Part shown: positions 1-12,533 of the stretch, one piece after another
Position numbering within the stretch: position 1 is the first letter of the stretch
Layout: each line of letters opens with the position of its first letter
From: Owenia fusiformis
Taxonomy: Eukaryota
Reading direction: 5' to 3'
DNA: 64,000 bases
Assembly (NCBI GenBank): GCA_903813345.2
Contig: CAIIXF020000001.1
Span: 27,714,001-27,778,000, forward strand
Translations under genes and position numbers: made by a program
Notes under the pieces: model-generated
The model's input: only the letters and a program-made list of their open reading frames with translations
The model's database searches: none
Told to the model about the DNA's origin: nothing

Positions 1-642
1 TTATCATGTCTTATATACTTAAGTCCACGCGGGATCTCGGAAAGTAAAGGAATGCTTGTAGAATATAGGTTAGCTAGTAGATTTAAGGTATTCCACCCAC
101 CACCCCACCTAACGCCTCTGTGTTATCATATTTAAGTTTATTATTAATAAGAGTTAAGCATTACACATGTAGTTGACTTTTGGGATTAGGATAGTACATG
201 CATGTGTTAATTAAGTGTTGGTGTAAATTGGCCCACACAAATATGTATGCATCTCTTTAGTATATTGATATTTTTATTTGATATTACAGCCCTTTACCTG
301 ACTTTGAGTTGTATGAATTTAGGTAACACCCATATATCATTTGACAATTTTGGTCTAAGAGAACTTATTAAATGCTTGGGCTATGATCTGAATGTTAAGA
401 CAATAAAGAAAGTATCGCAACTCCTTATGCCAACATTAAAAAAGTTATTAATTAAATCATTATGGATAACATAAAACATATTAAATTAACTGGGAATACA
501 ATACATGGTTATCTGACAATATAAAATGAGATTAAATAAAGACAGCAAAATGTTGCATTCTTTTGGGATCACCCTGTATATTGCATGAAAGTAGTTCCAG
601 TCATTACATTATCAATGAGTGATCTAATGTACACAAGTGGAA

Positions 643-650
643 TATAAAAG
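643..650 (+). promoter_or_regulatory. TATA box of carotenoid oxygenase gene
   Basis: TATAAAAG ~45 nt upstream of ATG 690. Confidence 0.55.
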
Positions 651-689
651 AACTCCCAGGGCACAGTAAAGGAACAGAATATTTTCATC

Positions 690-869
690 ATGTTCCAACT
701 GAGCATCTTCATAGCTTTGTTTGCAATTGCTCAAACTGTTTCCAATGTAACGAAAGAAGATTCAAAAGGTTATGGATTGCTATTCACTAGTTTGACGAGA
801 GAGGTTGAGGATGTGAAGCTAAGATTTGAGTTGCCAGGTGGGATACCTAAGTGGATCAAAGGCACTTTG
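690..869 (+). CDS. Carotenoid cleavage oxygenase (BCO/RPE65 family, BCO-like), coding exon 1 with signal-peptide-like N-terminus
   Basis: MFQLSIFIALFAIAQTVS...GGIPKWIKGTL matches the family G-x-IP-x-W-L/I-x-G-x-L motif; donor TTG|GTAAGT at 869/870, phase 0. Confidence 0.88.
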
Positions 870-1394
870 GTAAGTTTTTACACATATAAGTCAATTAATT
901 GTCAAATGTTGAATTAATTGTGCATGTGCAATGTAAGGCTTTGTATTTACATTACTGAGCGAAAAAAGTGCTTAAATAAATTAACATATAATCATTAAAT
1001 GATGACGTGAAATCCGATATTCATCATGGCTTCTGAATTACAGCCTTTTAGTCATAAATTGTATGTGATTGACAATAACTGAAAAAAATATCTAAATATC
1101 CTATTCTTACATTTCTTAAGCCAATAAATATTTGAAAAGAAATACTGTATTTGAAAAGAGAGAATCGTTTCAAATTGACTGTTTTGATAACCTTTTGAAA
1201 ACTCCTCGAAAGCGCCTATAATTTTTTTGATGGCCACGCATTTTCAAAAGAATAGAATGATTTTATTTCACTGCTTTTAAATTTTAAAACACTTAAACCT
1301 AAGATTCCAGAAAAAATGAACTTTAAAAAAAATTAGATCAAGAGATTTGAAGCTAGAAACACCTATACATCTACAGTATTTTATATAGTTATGA

Positions 1395-3059
1395 CACGGG
1401 GGATAAGCAAAACGAGGGCGAAGCCACGGACTGCCACTCGCGTAACTTTACACCGCAGCCCAGCGCCAAAATGGAGGGACATCCGGCAGGGCCTCCTGCT
1501 TCTTCCGACAAAATAGAGAAATCCAGGTATTTTAAATGCTATCGTAGTGTCTAATCGGTGACCAAAATATTACTCTGTATCTACTGTTGGTCTCTAGATA
1601 AGAAAATAAGCAGTTGTCCAGATCAAGCTAAAACAGTAGCAAAGTTCTGATTTTACCTGTAAAATATGTGCATATTATTTAATTTACTATACATTTGAAA
1701 GGAGTTTTAACACGTTTCTAATATCTAAATGTTAGTTGAGGCTCCGAGTATAATTCGTGAAAATGATTTGATAATAGAATATGTTCATGAGGAGAAAATT
1801 AGATTCAAACTGCGCATTCATAGTGGACGCAGTCCAGTAAACAAAGCTATTTCAACAACGCAACACAGCCTCCATTGATATTCTAAGGAACGCAGTCCAG
1901 CCGCGAACACGAAATAAATAAGATAGTGTACACTATATTCCTACGCTATTATTGTTTCAGGAAAAGAAAGTCAGCATCCAGATTATCATTCAAAGTTACG
2001 TTGATTAACATGTATCTATTACCTGACTCAATGTCCCAAATTGCTATATTGTATCGTTTAAGACCTAGAAATATGGCAATTCAATAGCGTATTTGGCAGA
2101 ACAGTCGAGCGCAAGATGACAACGTAATATGTTTATTACAAACCAATTTGTGGATAGGGTTAAATATATAGATAATTGGATAGAGGTGAGACTTTTTACA
2201 AGAAGTAGAAATGCGAAACAATTAACTTTTTGATGATGCAATAAAAGCTGTTGGGGAAGGGTACATTGACTAGTATTTAAGATATCAGGAAAATATCAAA
2301 TAATTGGAGAGTTGGTGAGTTAATCTAATTTTGGATGATCTTTCCACCAGTCCATCAATATTGCTAGCTACCATAAATTCATGATTTCAGCTGTATTTGA
2401 CAGCTTGTATATATTTGCAGAATGGATTGAGACACGATGTAGGTCTATTAAAATAGCCCTTTATATTCAATTTTGTCCAAAGTTGCTCTATTTCAGCCAC
2501 ACCTGTACACACATTGTGCTATCTACCTTTGGCTGTGATTGCGTTCAGCTTCAGATATAAAGCAACACTGAGTCGCGGACTGCGTTGGGCAGATGGATGG
2601 ACTGCGACTATTATAAATTCCAATTTTCTATGTAATTGTGCGTTTTACGCTTACCAAATATCACACGAAGATGTAATTGTAACAACAGAACATGAATAAT
2701 TATATTAATTCGATGTCATTTCTGATTCCTTTGTTTAAATCGGTATATTAGGGACAAATATTGACAAAATTACATTTTTTGTGGCAGATTTCGAATTCAT
2801 TTGTGTTCATGCTAAACTATTGGACAGCCGAGCACCAAGAATGCCATTGCAGGTGGAATATGAATATGTTGATCACCGACTGGAACATACTAGCTATTCT
2901 GTAGAATATCCAAACCAATAATCTACCCCAAATCCTAACATGCCTTCCAAATTAAGTTTGGACTTACCGCCATTGTTCAGCTATAATGCGTTGTAACCTC
3001 GTTTTGAATTACGCGAGTCGCAGTCCGTGGCTTCGCCCTCGTTTTGCTTATCCCCCGTG
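1395..3059. mobile_element. Non-autonomous DNA transposon, ~50-bp TIRs starting CAC, 5-bp TSD TATGA (Transib/RAGL- or CMC-like)
   Basis: CACGGGGGATAAGCAAAACGAGGGCGAAGCCACGGACTGC... at 1395 and its reverse complement ending 3059; TATGA at 1390-1394 and 3060-3064. Confidence 0.85.
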
Positions 3060-3813
3060 TATGATAACTCAACACATACAGGCACAACAAAACCAACTAA
3101 CATTGATTTTGGTCATTATTAATATATGAAAGGGAGTATATGTTAAACACTAGTTTGCTACTATGTAGATGTATTGCACATAAACATGTACAGTACATGC
3201 AGTGACAATTTAAAGTTGCATTATGCCATAGGTTTCTCTTCCAGACAATCAGACAATACTAGTTTTCTGTATGAGAAAGATGCAAATTCTGAAATGAAAT
3301 AGAATTAACACAATTAAGATCCCTGCAATCAAAGGGAATCCCTGTCAAATGACACAAGCATCGGCAGACTCGGCACTTGACTTGAATCAGGCAGCCAATC
3401 AAATTCAGAGCAGGTTCTTAATTTTTTCTTTTTCCAATTTCCAGAACTGCCATTTACGGAATTAAATCACTATGTCATGTGACAATAATGATAAACAAAG
3501 TTAACAACCAATCAGATAGATAACAGATCAGATCAGATAATCAAATAAAGGACAAGGTGCAATTATTGGCATATATCCCTATGGTCAAAATGAATCATTC
3601 GTAGGTGTAACATGAAGAATAAAATGTCATATAATACTTTGGAAAATATTAAAGTGCTCGGACACACATAAGCTGAGATAGGGATCATTTCGTTCAGTAA
3701 GGTTGTATTGACTTACATGGGGCTGTGCACCATTGACTTAACATGAGGTTACAGCAGATCCCAATAGAGGCCATTGGTTTCCATTCATTATCACAGAAAT
3801 ACCAAAAATACAC

Positions 3814-3916
3814 TATGACCTGAATCGATTGCAAACTTAATAATTTCACAATACGACACAAATGGTTTATCTCATCAAATGTGCAAATATGAAGTTTGCA
3901 ATCGATTCAGGTCATA
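3814..3916. repeat. Short inverted repeat (hairpin)
   Basis: TATGACCTGAATCGATTGCAAACTT ... AAGTTTGCAATCGATTCAGGTCATA. Confidence 0.7.
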
Positions 3917-6251
3917 CTTAAAATTAAAAGATTGTACATTTTTTCATCATTTTTTTCCCTACAAAATGGCTATAGAAAAATGCTCCAAAAACAACTTTTA
4001 CACTTATCAAATATCATACAAGTTTGTAAAACCAAAGATTATACTATTATATTTCATTATGTAGTAACATATTTGGATAAGATGCAGGGATGCGTAGGAT
4101 GTAAATGGGTTTTGACAGACACAAAAATACTTTGGAATCTATGCCTCTACACTTCATGATTGAATTATGACCCTAATAAGTGGCCTATACATCAATACAG
4201 TGCTGAATATAGGTCAACAAGATACTAGTGTGCATATAAATGTAATAATTGAAGCAGAATACTCATTTTGAAAAATCAGATGAATTATTTTTTTCCCATG
4301 GGGAGATCCCAATGGAGGGTGTATAAGGTCCTTTACCGGAATATTCAAATATCAGATTTGAATGGTTTCAGCGAAATGTAGTTTGATTTGAAAGGAGCAG
4401 ACGGACATACGGACAAACGCAGTGGGATAAAAATAGTACCATGGGTACTTGGCTCATATCTTTAATATTTAAACATATTAATGAGCTTAGAATAATTCTT
4501 TTTTTAATATATGAAAGGTTGATATAGTCATAGTGCCTCTTAAATGTTTGGTAATGGTTTGGCTCATAGCAGTAGAATTAGGGACAGCTGACAGAATGGA
4601 CTTTTGAACCAAAACCATAAAATCGGTGTCTCACATCCCATATGCATTTTCTCCAATCCGATCCCAAGGATTTGAAGAATTTGGGAGCGACTTAAATTGG
4701 CAAACTTCTATTTTTAAATTCCAATAATTCCTGCATCATAATTAAGTACTGTAATTTTAAATTGCGATCGATTCATAATATTGATTAGAAGTGAAGTTTT
4801 CTACATTTTAGGGAGTAAATTTTACCTTCGCTCCACTGTCAACTCTCACGCATTTGGCTACACGCGTTTGTCATGTGTTTGCTGAATAAATTGAAGACAC
4901 ACACAAACTTTTGCATGTATGATAAATGTCACACAAATAACACATTATTTTGAGATTATGTCACAGCAAAATTAAGCATTCAAAGAAGTATTTATTGATC
5001 AGTTTGACCCTCAATCTTGCTAAGGAGCAAAATTCACCACAACGCCTAAAAGACTTTGAATTAGCTTTGAATAAACAGAACATGAAAACAAATTTTGATG
5101 TGATGTTTTGTTTTGTTCAATTTTAAACAATTTATGTCTTTGGATCAAACATTTATATATAGAATTCATTCTTGTAAAGATACTTTGACATTATTAAAGT
5201 TTCTTTTTGTTTGTGGTCTGAAAGGGGTTCCCAAAGTTCTAATTCCATGAGACAAAGTTCTGATTCCGATTCCGAACCGTCCGAACCAGTTCCGGCACAG
5301 CCCTAATTAAGTCTATATTTTCAACATTGCACGGGTAATTGATGAATATTTAAACACAAGTGCCAAAGGGAGGGGGCAAAGAAACCTAGCAAGAAAAGCA
5401 AACTCTAAGTGTTAACCCTTTATATACCAAAACCATGATTTAAAATGAAAAGAATTAATGTCTAACATCTCCCTTCCCCCTCCAATCGAGAGCCAATAAC
5501 ACAATCCAGAACCAACACCAAGGGACATTTCATTCTTTCTGGAGTCATTACAGTACTCATAAAAGATAAAGCATTCAGTCTAAAATGATGTGGGATAGAT
5601 GAAATCAAGTCTCAAAGTCCATAGGCAATTGAGATTGAGTTACATGAAAACAAAATAAATTGTATTTAATACTTTACTCCAGATGATCTAATTATGGTTT
5701 AAAGAATTAAGAGGACGAGATTGACTTCCTGATGGTGTGTAGAATGTATGGCAAGCTATAACAAAACCTGCATATTATGTTGTCAGTTTGCAAAAAAATA
5801 TTTTTCTTACAATTTTTTTTCTTACAGTTCCATGCGTTACATTTAATTTCTCAGAGATAGGACTAGAACTATTGGCCTTCATTTCAAATCATGACAAAAT
5901 ATTTAAATATACTGCCTGTCTGCAAAGATATTTCATAATCCCTAATTTTTCAGTTCTCGAAAGATGGATTCAATTTATGTAGGGATTAAAAGAAGACGAA
6001 ATAAGCTTTTCAAACATGTGATGGATATGTAGCTAAATCATAACAAAAAATGTTTTTAATTTCATCATCTTTTATCAAAAGTTCTGTGTATTATATTTAA
6101 TTTCTCAATCCCTGAACATTTGATTTAAGTGAGTAGTGTAACAATATGTGTGTGGTTTCCATATTCCTGTTCAGCTTAAAGGGAACATATATTATACAGT
6201 AGCCAATCAAAGTATACTATGCAACATATCTTATTCTGTGACTGAAAATGA

Positions 6252-7148
6252 ACTAGACAACAGCAACGCCAAAGCGTAGCAAATCCCATCGAACAGTCAT
6301 GGTTGGCATATTTACAAACAAAGTATATAGCAAAAATGGCAGCCATTTTTAAAATGGCCACCTTCTATCAAAAGTGTCATTATTAGACAGTGTGCTGTGC
6401 TTATAGTATTCATATACCAAATATGAACAAAATTGCTCCACTACTTTTCCAGTTATAGTAAAATACGTTAAAATGGCGGCCATTTTTCAAAATGGCCACC
6501 TTCTACCAAAAGTGTCATTAGACAGTGTGCCATGCTTCTAGTATTCACATACCAAATATGAACAAAATCACTACACTACTTCTCGAGTTATAGTAAAATA
6601 TGTTAAAATGACAATTATTTTTCAAAATGGCGGCCAATTTTCAAAATGGCCACTTTCTACCAAAAATTTCATTAGACAGTGTGCCATGCTTATAGTATTC
6701 ACATACCAAATATGAACAAAATCGCTCCACTACTTTTGGAGTAAGCAAAAATCGTAAAATAACGAGTAAAGGCCGCCATTTTTCAAGATGGCTGCCATGT
6801 GCTTCTTTAATATCTACATTTATTATCTAGTTCATTAATGTCCTTATAATTTTTTTACATTTAAAACATATTGATTACAGTTTATATATTGCACCTAAAT
6901 TACTGTAAAATCGGCACTAATATGGCCGCCATTTTTAAATGAGCAGCCATTTTGAAAATCGGCTTTCGAGCAGAACTTCTACCCCCATAGGGTATATGTG
7001 TACAAAATATGAACATAATCGGGCCAATGGTATTTGAGTGATTGTCCGGACGGATGGACAGACGGAAGGATGGATGTACGTACGTACGTATGGACAGACG
7101 GACGGAGGCATTCCCTATAACCCTCCGAACTTTGTTCGATGGAATAAT
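6252..7148 (+). mobile_element. Helentron-associated (HINE/DINE-like) element, family A, with internal tandem repeats
   Basis: Tandem ~120-155-bp units with AAAATGGCGGCCATTTT, a (GGAC)n microsatellite and a 3' hairpin CCGAACTTTGTTCG; second copy at 30270-31539. Confidence 0.7.
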
Positions 7149-7593
7149 TAAACCACTATCAGTAGCAGCCATTCGTATATACAAAATAAATACATCTAAT
7201 TATATCAAAAGGTCTGAATAATAGGCATATTGAACCAAGCCATATTCTAAAGTTCTTTTTTTGGAATGGTCCTTTGTCATAAGTAAGATATCAGCCTATA
7301 AAATATTAATTAAATCTGATAACTGAAAATGAAAAATATATATTTCTAAAATTATTCTCACCCTTTTGAATCGAATGACCAGATTGAAAATACCAATTTG
7401 AGCAGAGGTGATTTCCCTGAAATTCATCAGCTGTTATTATTTAGACCAAATATGATTGAAAAATAAACATTTTAATCACCCTGGCTTATGCATGAAACAA
7501 GCAAATAGACAGCTTCGAAGATTCATTTGATATTGAAATACTTGAAGATTCATTTGATATTGAAATACTAAGTAAGATTCTATTTTTTGATAG

Positions 7594-9033
7594 GTGAAGA
7601 ATGGCCCTGGCAAGTTTGAGATGGGGCATAAGCGGGTGAACCATGCATTTGATGGCTTTGGTAAGCTCAGCTCCTGGAGATTTGCTGGCGATGGAAAATC
7701 TGTTACATTCTCGACTAAACTCCAGCAGACTGGTTACTACAGGGATTCGGTAAAATTGAACACTATCGCCCCCTATACCCTATTCGGAGACACAGTTCCA
7801 GCAGAAACTACTGAAGAAAGAATAAAGCGCACGATGAAAGGTATGGACAATAATGTAGTCAATGTGAAAGCTCTCACGAAACAACTCTCCATTGATACAA
7901 ATTATATGATCCTTAACGATATGTGGAACCTGTATACAATCAACATAAACAATCTCACCCTTGTAAAACACCTCGCTCCATTAGTAGGTGAAGATGAGGA
8001 ATCGTTGATGGACATGATGATGGATGCAAATAAAATGGCGGTCCCTAGTCTCAGTTCAGCCCATCCTTTATTTGAAGGCAGTCGGGATAACTGGATCACA
8101 TATTACATTAAGCTTAATCCATTGGGCAAAAGCATCTTCAATGTGATTCGTATGGGAAATGACATTAAACCCCGCTTGTTAACCAGCTGGAAAATCGACA
8201 CATTCGAGATTCCATATATGCATTCTTTCGGGCTAACAGAAAAGTATGTTGTATTTTTTGAAGGGCCTTGCTATTTTGAATTGTTCCACTTTGCTTTCTC
8301 TGGGACCTTCGAGATGAAAGAAGCTTTCCAATGTCACCATGACAACCCAATGTACATCAAAGTTGTTGAATTAGCCACAGGTAAGGTAACTGAGCTGAAA
8401 ACACATGACATTAATGCTAAAGGATTGTTCCTACACAGTATCAACTCATATGAAGTGAATTCTACAACCATTGTTGCGGATGCTACACAATTACCAAATT
8501 TCGATCAAATGACGGGTCTTACTTTGGACAATATGCTTAATGTTGATAAAAGAAATGCAATTCTTGCAAATGGACAGGTCACCCGCTATTACCTTAACCT
8601 CAAAACAGGACAAGTGGACGTCCAACCAATAGTAAGTACACCACACCTAAACAAGGCTCTGGATCATCTGGACTTCCCCGCCATTAATGAAGACTACCGA
8701 ATGAAGAATTATTGCTACTTTTGGGGGACAGCATATAAATCAGATGGTGTCCATTATGGCAATTGGACTCTCGGAAAGAAAAGTGTATGCAACTCGAAAA
8801 ATGATCTTACATGGCATAAACCAAATCACTACCCGATGGAGCCGTGGTTTATTGCAACTCCCAATTCAAAGCAGGAAGATGATGGTGTAATCGTCACATC
8901 AATTTTGGATGGTGAAAAGGGTTTAAATTATCTTGCTGTATTAAATGCTACTAACCTCAAAATGATAAACTATGCATACACACCAATTCATTTACCCATG
9001 GACTTCCACGGAAGATTTTTTGAAAATGTCTAG
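7594..9033 (+). CDS. Carotenoid cleavage oxygenase (BCO/RPE65 family, BCO-like), coding exon 2
   Basis: Acceptor TTTTTTGATAG|GTG; VKNGPGKFE, HAFDG, four Fe-ligand His (SAHP, YMHSF, FLHSINSYE, DFHGRF), DFPAIN, EPWF, EDDGV; spliced product 539 aa. Confidence 0.95.
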   Translation: MKNGPGKFEMGHKRVNHAFDGFGKLSSWRFAGDGKSVTFSTKLQQTGYYRDSVKLNTIAPYTLFGDTVPAETTEERIKRTMKGMDNNVVNVKALTKQLSIDTNYMILNDMWNLYTININNLTLVKHLAPLVGEDEESLMDMMMDANKMAVPSLSSAHPLFEGSRDNWITYYIKLNPLGKSIFNVIRMGNDIKPRLLTSWKIDTFEIPYMHSFGLTEKYVVFFEGPCYFELFHFAFSGTFEMKEAFQCHHDNPMYIKVVELATGKVTELKTHDINAKGLFLHSINSYEVNSTTIVADATQLPNFDQMTGLTLDNMLNVDKRNAILANGQVTRYYLNLKTGQVDVQPIVSTPHLNKALDHLDFPAINEDYRMKNYCYFWGTAYKSDGVHYGNWTLGKKSVCNSKNDLTWHKPNHYPMEPWFIATPNSKQEDDGVIVTSILDGEKGLNYLAVLNATNLKMINYAYTPIHLPMDFHGRFFENV

Positions 9034-9041
9034 ATATTAGA

Positions 9042-9366
9042 CAAGGAGGATTGGTTCCCAGAATGCAATTTTGATATTCGTTCAATTTGATCGTACACAC
9101 ACTAAACCAGTATTAACCTTGAAGTCTGATCTTGAAGGATATGATGTCGTGATTGTGAAATTAAAAATTTACCAATCGCCATTTTTTCACTTCAGATTTT
9201 GAATCGCGAGTTTTGGTCTCATTTCATAACAAAAAAATTCACACAAGAAGTGATCAAGATATTAGCTCAATTCTTTTGGATTGCTGATTATGAATTTCTA
9301 GCCACTATATTGTCAGACAATAATGCATTCTCGTTGTTGGAAAATTCTGTAAGCAAATCCTCCTTG
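9042..9366. mobile_element. MITE with CAAGGAGGATT TIRs and 9-bp TSD GATATTAGA (Mutator-like TSD length)
   Basis: TIRs 9042-9052 and 9356-9366; TSD 9033-9041 and 9367-9375; related copy at ~50453-50996. Confidence 0.85.
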
Positions 9367-11569
9367 GATATTAGACTAAATGAATACATCCAGCTGCCAC
9401 TACATCTTTAATGCCAGTAATAGTTAAATGTAATGACTGCTGGGGTATTTAATATTTCGAGATTTAAACAACCTAGAATACTCTTGAGGTAAGTATACTA
9501 TCCATTTTTATGGATTAAGCTTTTTGAAGCTTTAATAACCATCTTAAAATCAAAAGGTCAATAAAATTTATTATGTTGACCCTTATAAAAAATCTGCCCT
9601 TGAAATTCCATTAAAAACATTGTTATGCCTTATCATTACAATCGTTACCAATTATTGGAATACAACCATGAAACAATGACTGCAACTCATTGCAAAATTT
9701 CAATGAAATGTAACCATGCAAATTGTTCACCATTTTGCTCGCTGTTCTATTTATGGATGCAGATAAATGCAACCAATTTCAAAGTTAAGTTCCAATAATT
9801 AGTTCTAGAATGAAAAAGTTGACTCAACAGATGTTTCACTAAAATTTCTCATAACGGGCTAAAAAATGAAACTAACAGCAAAATTAATGGAAATCTTATT
9901 AATGTAACATGGAAAAGTTGAAAAGTCCCTAGAAACGACAGGCAATTTTGTGAAAGCAACTGGTGAAAATCGCCTGTTGTCTGCTGCTAATGAAACCCCT
10001 GCTCAATCTTCAGATAGACTGTATATACATTTATAAATGTTTCACATTCCAGGTGTGTTTACTGCACTTAACTGTACCCTAACAGACTAGATTTGAGTAG
10101 AAATAATCTTGATTTTCATCATTAAATATTCAAAATTCAGTCAAAGTGATATTATATTTGAAATCTACATGTAAAATCACATCTATAAATGTGATTTCAA
10201 AAATTGTTCATCAAGTTTGAAAATTTAATTTTCTTTGAAAATGTGACTTCTTACATTGAGGAGATTCCCCATATAATCACAAAAAGTGAAATATCTTTCT
10301 TTTTATTGGACAGATAATATTTTGTTTATTGGACATGTTTTAATTTGTATAACTATAAGAGACATTAGGATAATATGATAATTGATCCACTAGAATTGAT
10401 GAATATTCAAGTTTAAGAGAACTTTGTAGTACTCCATTTTATCTGACCAAAATCAACCACCTGGTGGTGAAACTGGTAACTAGCTTCTGGCATCTGGGTT
10501 ATAAGATGTGCCACCAATGTAATGATGTAAATAATTAAATGTCTTGTTAATATCATTAATTAATAAATCAATGTTTTTAATTAAATTTATTGTAATTATC
10601 AAATAGCTGTTCTGTTCCTTCTTTTACACAACTCTGACCACTGAGCAGTAACTACTAGCACTAGCACTAGCACTTTACAGCCAACTGGTTAAATGAGCCA
10701 ATATAAAATGTCAATTCTGGTAGGAAACACTGATAAATGTAATTTTATATCTCCTGCTATCAGATTGTTTTATCTAAACCAGCAGGATCTTCAGAAATAG
10801 TTAAAAATTGGCTGAGACTAAATTTGGCGGTTTCTGTCCGGTGGCATTCCTAGATCCAGTCAGTTCTCTTTACTTATATTTTCAAATCCTTTTTAATGAG
10901 AAACGCTAGAAACTTTTTAGAAGCCTTGATTTAAAATGTTGTCAAAAGTTATAATAGAAAAAACAATCTTTCAGATGAAAGGACATCTGCACTGTTTTCA
11001 ATAACTTCATATTAGATCATCAATGGCGTCTTCAACACAAAACTATGAATGAAAAAGCCATTTCATGGGATTGTTTATTTTGTCAAAATCGAAGCAGATT
11101 TCAAGTTAGAAAAATAAATTGTGCTTTATTGCTATTTCTTAGTAAAATATAACTTGTTCCGGCCAGTTCCCAAAAGTAAACAATATTATCAAAATCCCTG
11201 TTTACAATTTATATGAAAGTATAGTTGAAATGTATCAAGTTTTAAATCTCAATCAAATGATAAAAAACTGTCTACTCGATATCATCAAACAATAAAAATG
11301 TCAAATATTTTCTCAGAAGTTTTCAAACTATGAATCTATTCAGTTCGTTCACAGCTCCCTAGTAACCTTTATTTAGATCTTTCCTAGTCTAGTACTATAT
11401 CATTTTTCTATTATGATGAACATGCTAAGACGGACTGCATGCTGTTGCGCCATACACATTAGCTGTGGAAGTATCATCTTGATTCACAAGGTTTCGATTG
11501 TTCCTGTCACACCTTGATAAATCTGCCCGATTTAACCGACCACTGTGTAAATAAACCCCACAAAAATAA

Positions 11570-11995
11570 ATCATTGGTCACTAAGGGTCACATCAGCACC
11601 AAGGACCTTAAATGACCAAATATCTAGATGTTGACCTTTGTCTCAGGAATGACTTTGGCCTCAGATCAATGAATCATGGGTTGCCAGGGGTCACAACAGC
11701 CCCATTAAAATGTCAAATAACTTTGACCTTAGAATGACCTTGACCCATTAAGTTAACCTTGACCACAGGTCACTTAATCATGGGTCGTCAAGTGTCACAG
11801 CACAGACCAAGGGTTTTAAAAGGCCAAACACCTGGATATTGACTTTTAACCATGCCAATCGACCTACTTAGTATGTTGACCAAGTATGAGGACCCAAGGT
11901 CAAATGGTCTAGGAGATGTCCATGTATGTCCATGCTAGGAGGAGATGTCCAGACAAACAGAATGAAAGATAGACCACCATGCTTTATAGTAAGAA
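11570..11995 (+). mobile_element. TGACCTTG-rich interspersed repeat (HINE-like)
   Basis: Repeated TGACCT/TGACC motifs, duplicated ~130-230-bp blocks, CAGACAAACAGA microsatellite remnant near the end. Confidence 0.5.
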
Positions 11996-12533
11996 AATGC
12001 AACAAAAAGCCAAAGACTATAATTTAAATCCAATACTAAGTACCTAATGAAGCTCATTTTCACATTTTTTAAGTTTCTTATAAAAATGTAAACTGCATAT
12101 AATAGCTCACACATACTTATGCATGTATAATAGAAATCTAGAACACTTAAGTTTAGACTGGCAATGAATCCAAGACACATACCACCTACTATAGTAATTA
12201 TAGACATGTGTCAAGATAACTGCTGGCATGCCTCAAGGGTAATTTGTCAGATTTGAAAGAGATCCAAGGGATGTATAGAAGACTATGTTGACATAATGTT
12301 GACTAGAATGTTCAGAGAAATAGAGAGAAAGTTTAAACATAGAAGGTTCTTGAGATAACTACGCTCATGACATAAATCAAAGTTGTTTTTTTCTTCTAAC
12401 TAATTACCAAGCGATGAAGTGTTCCCAATATCTCCCATCTCTCTATGCCAGACAGCATGTTCCCTGTATAGTAACATTTCTGAAGTTAAAACCAGATGTC
12501 AGACACTGACCTTGTAAATCTCAACAATTGAAA

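Noticed and set aside
7594-9033. Treating the 479-aa ORF as a standalone or horizontally acquired bacterial gene with a GTG start
   Set aside because: GTG follows a canonical acceptor, and the missing N-terminal family motif is supplied in phase by exon 690-869
10740-11160. Possible decayed coding or transposase fragment
   Set aside because: Multiple stops in the frames I read and no recognisable motif
11425-11542. Possible alternative terminal USP24 exon on the minus strand (TTTACACAG| acceptor)
   Set aside because: The in-phase reading gives only WSVKSGRFIKV* with no USP24 similarity; unsupported without transcripts
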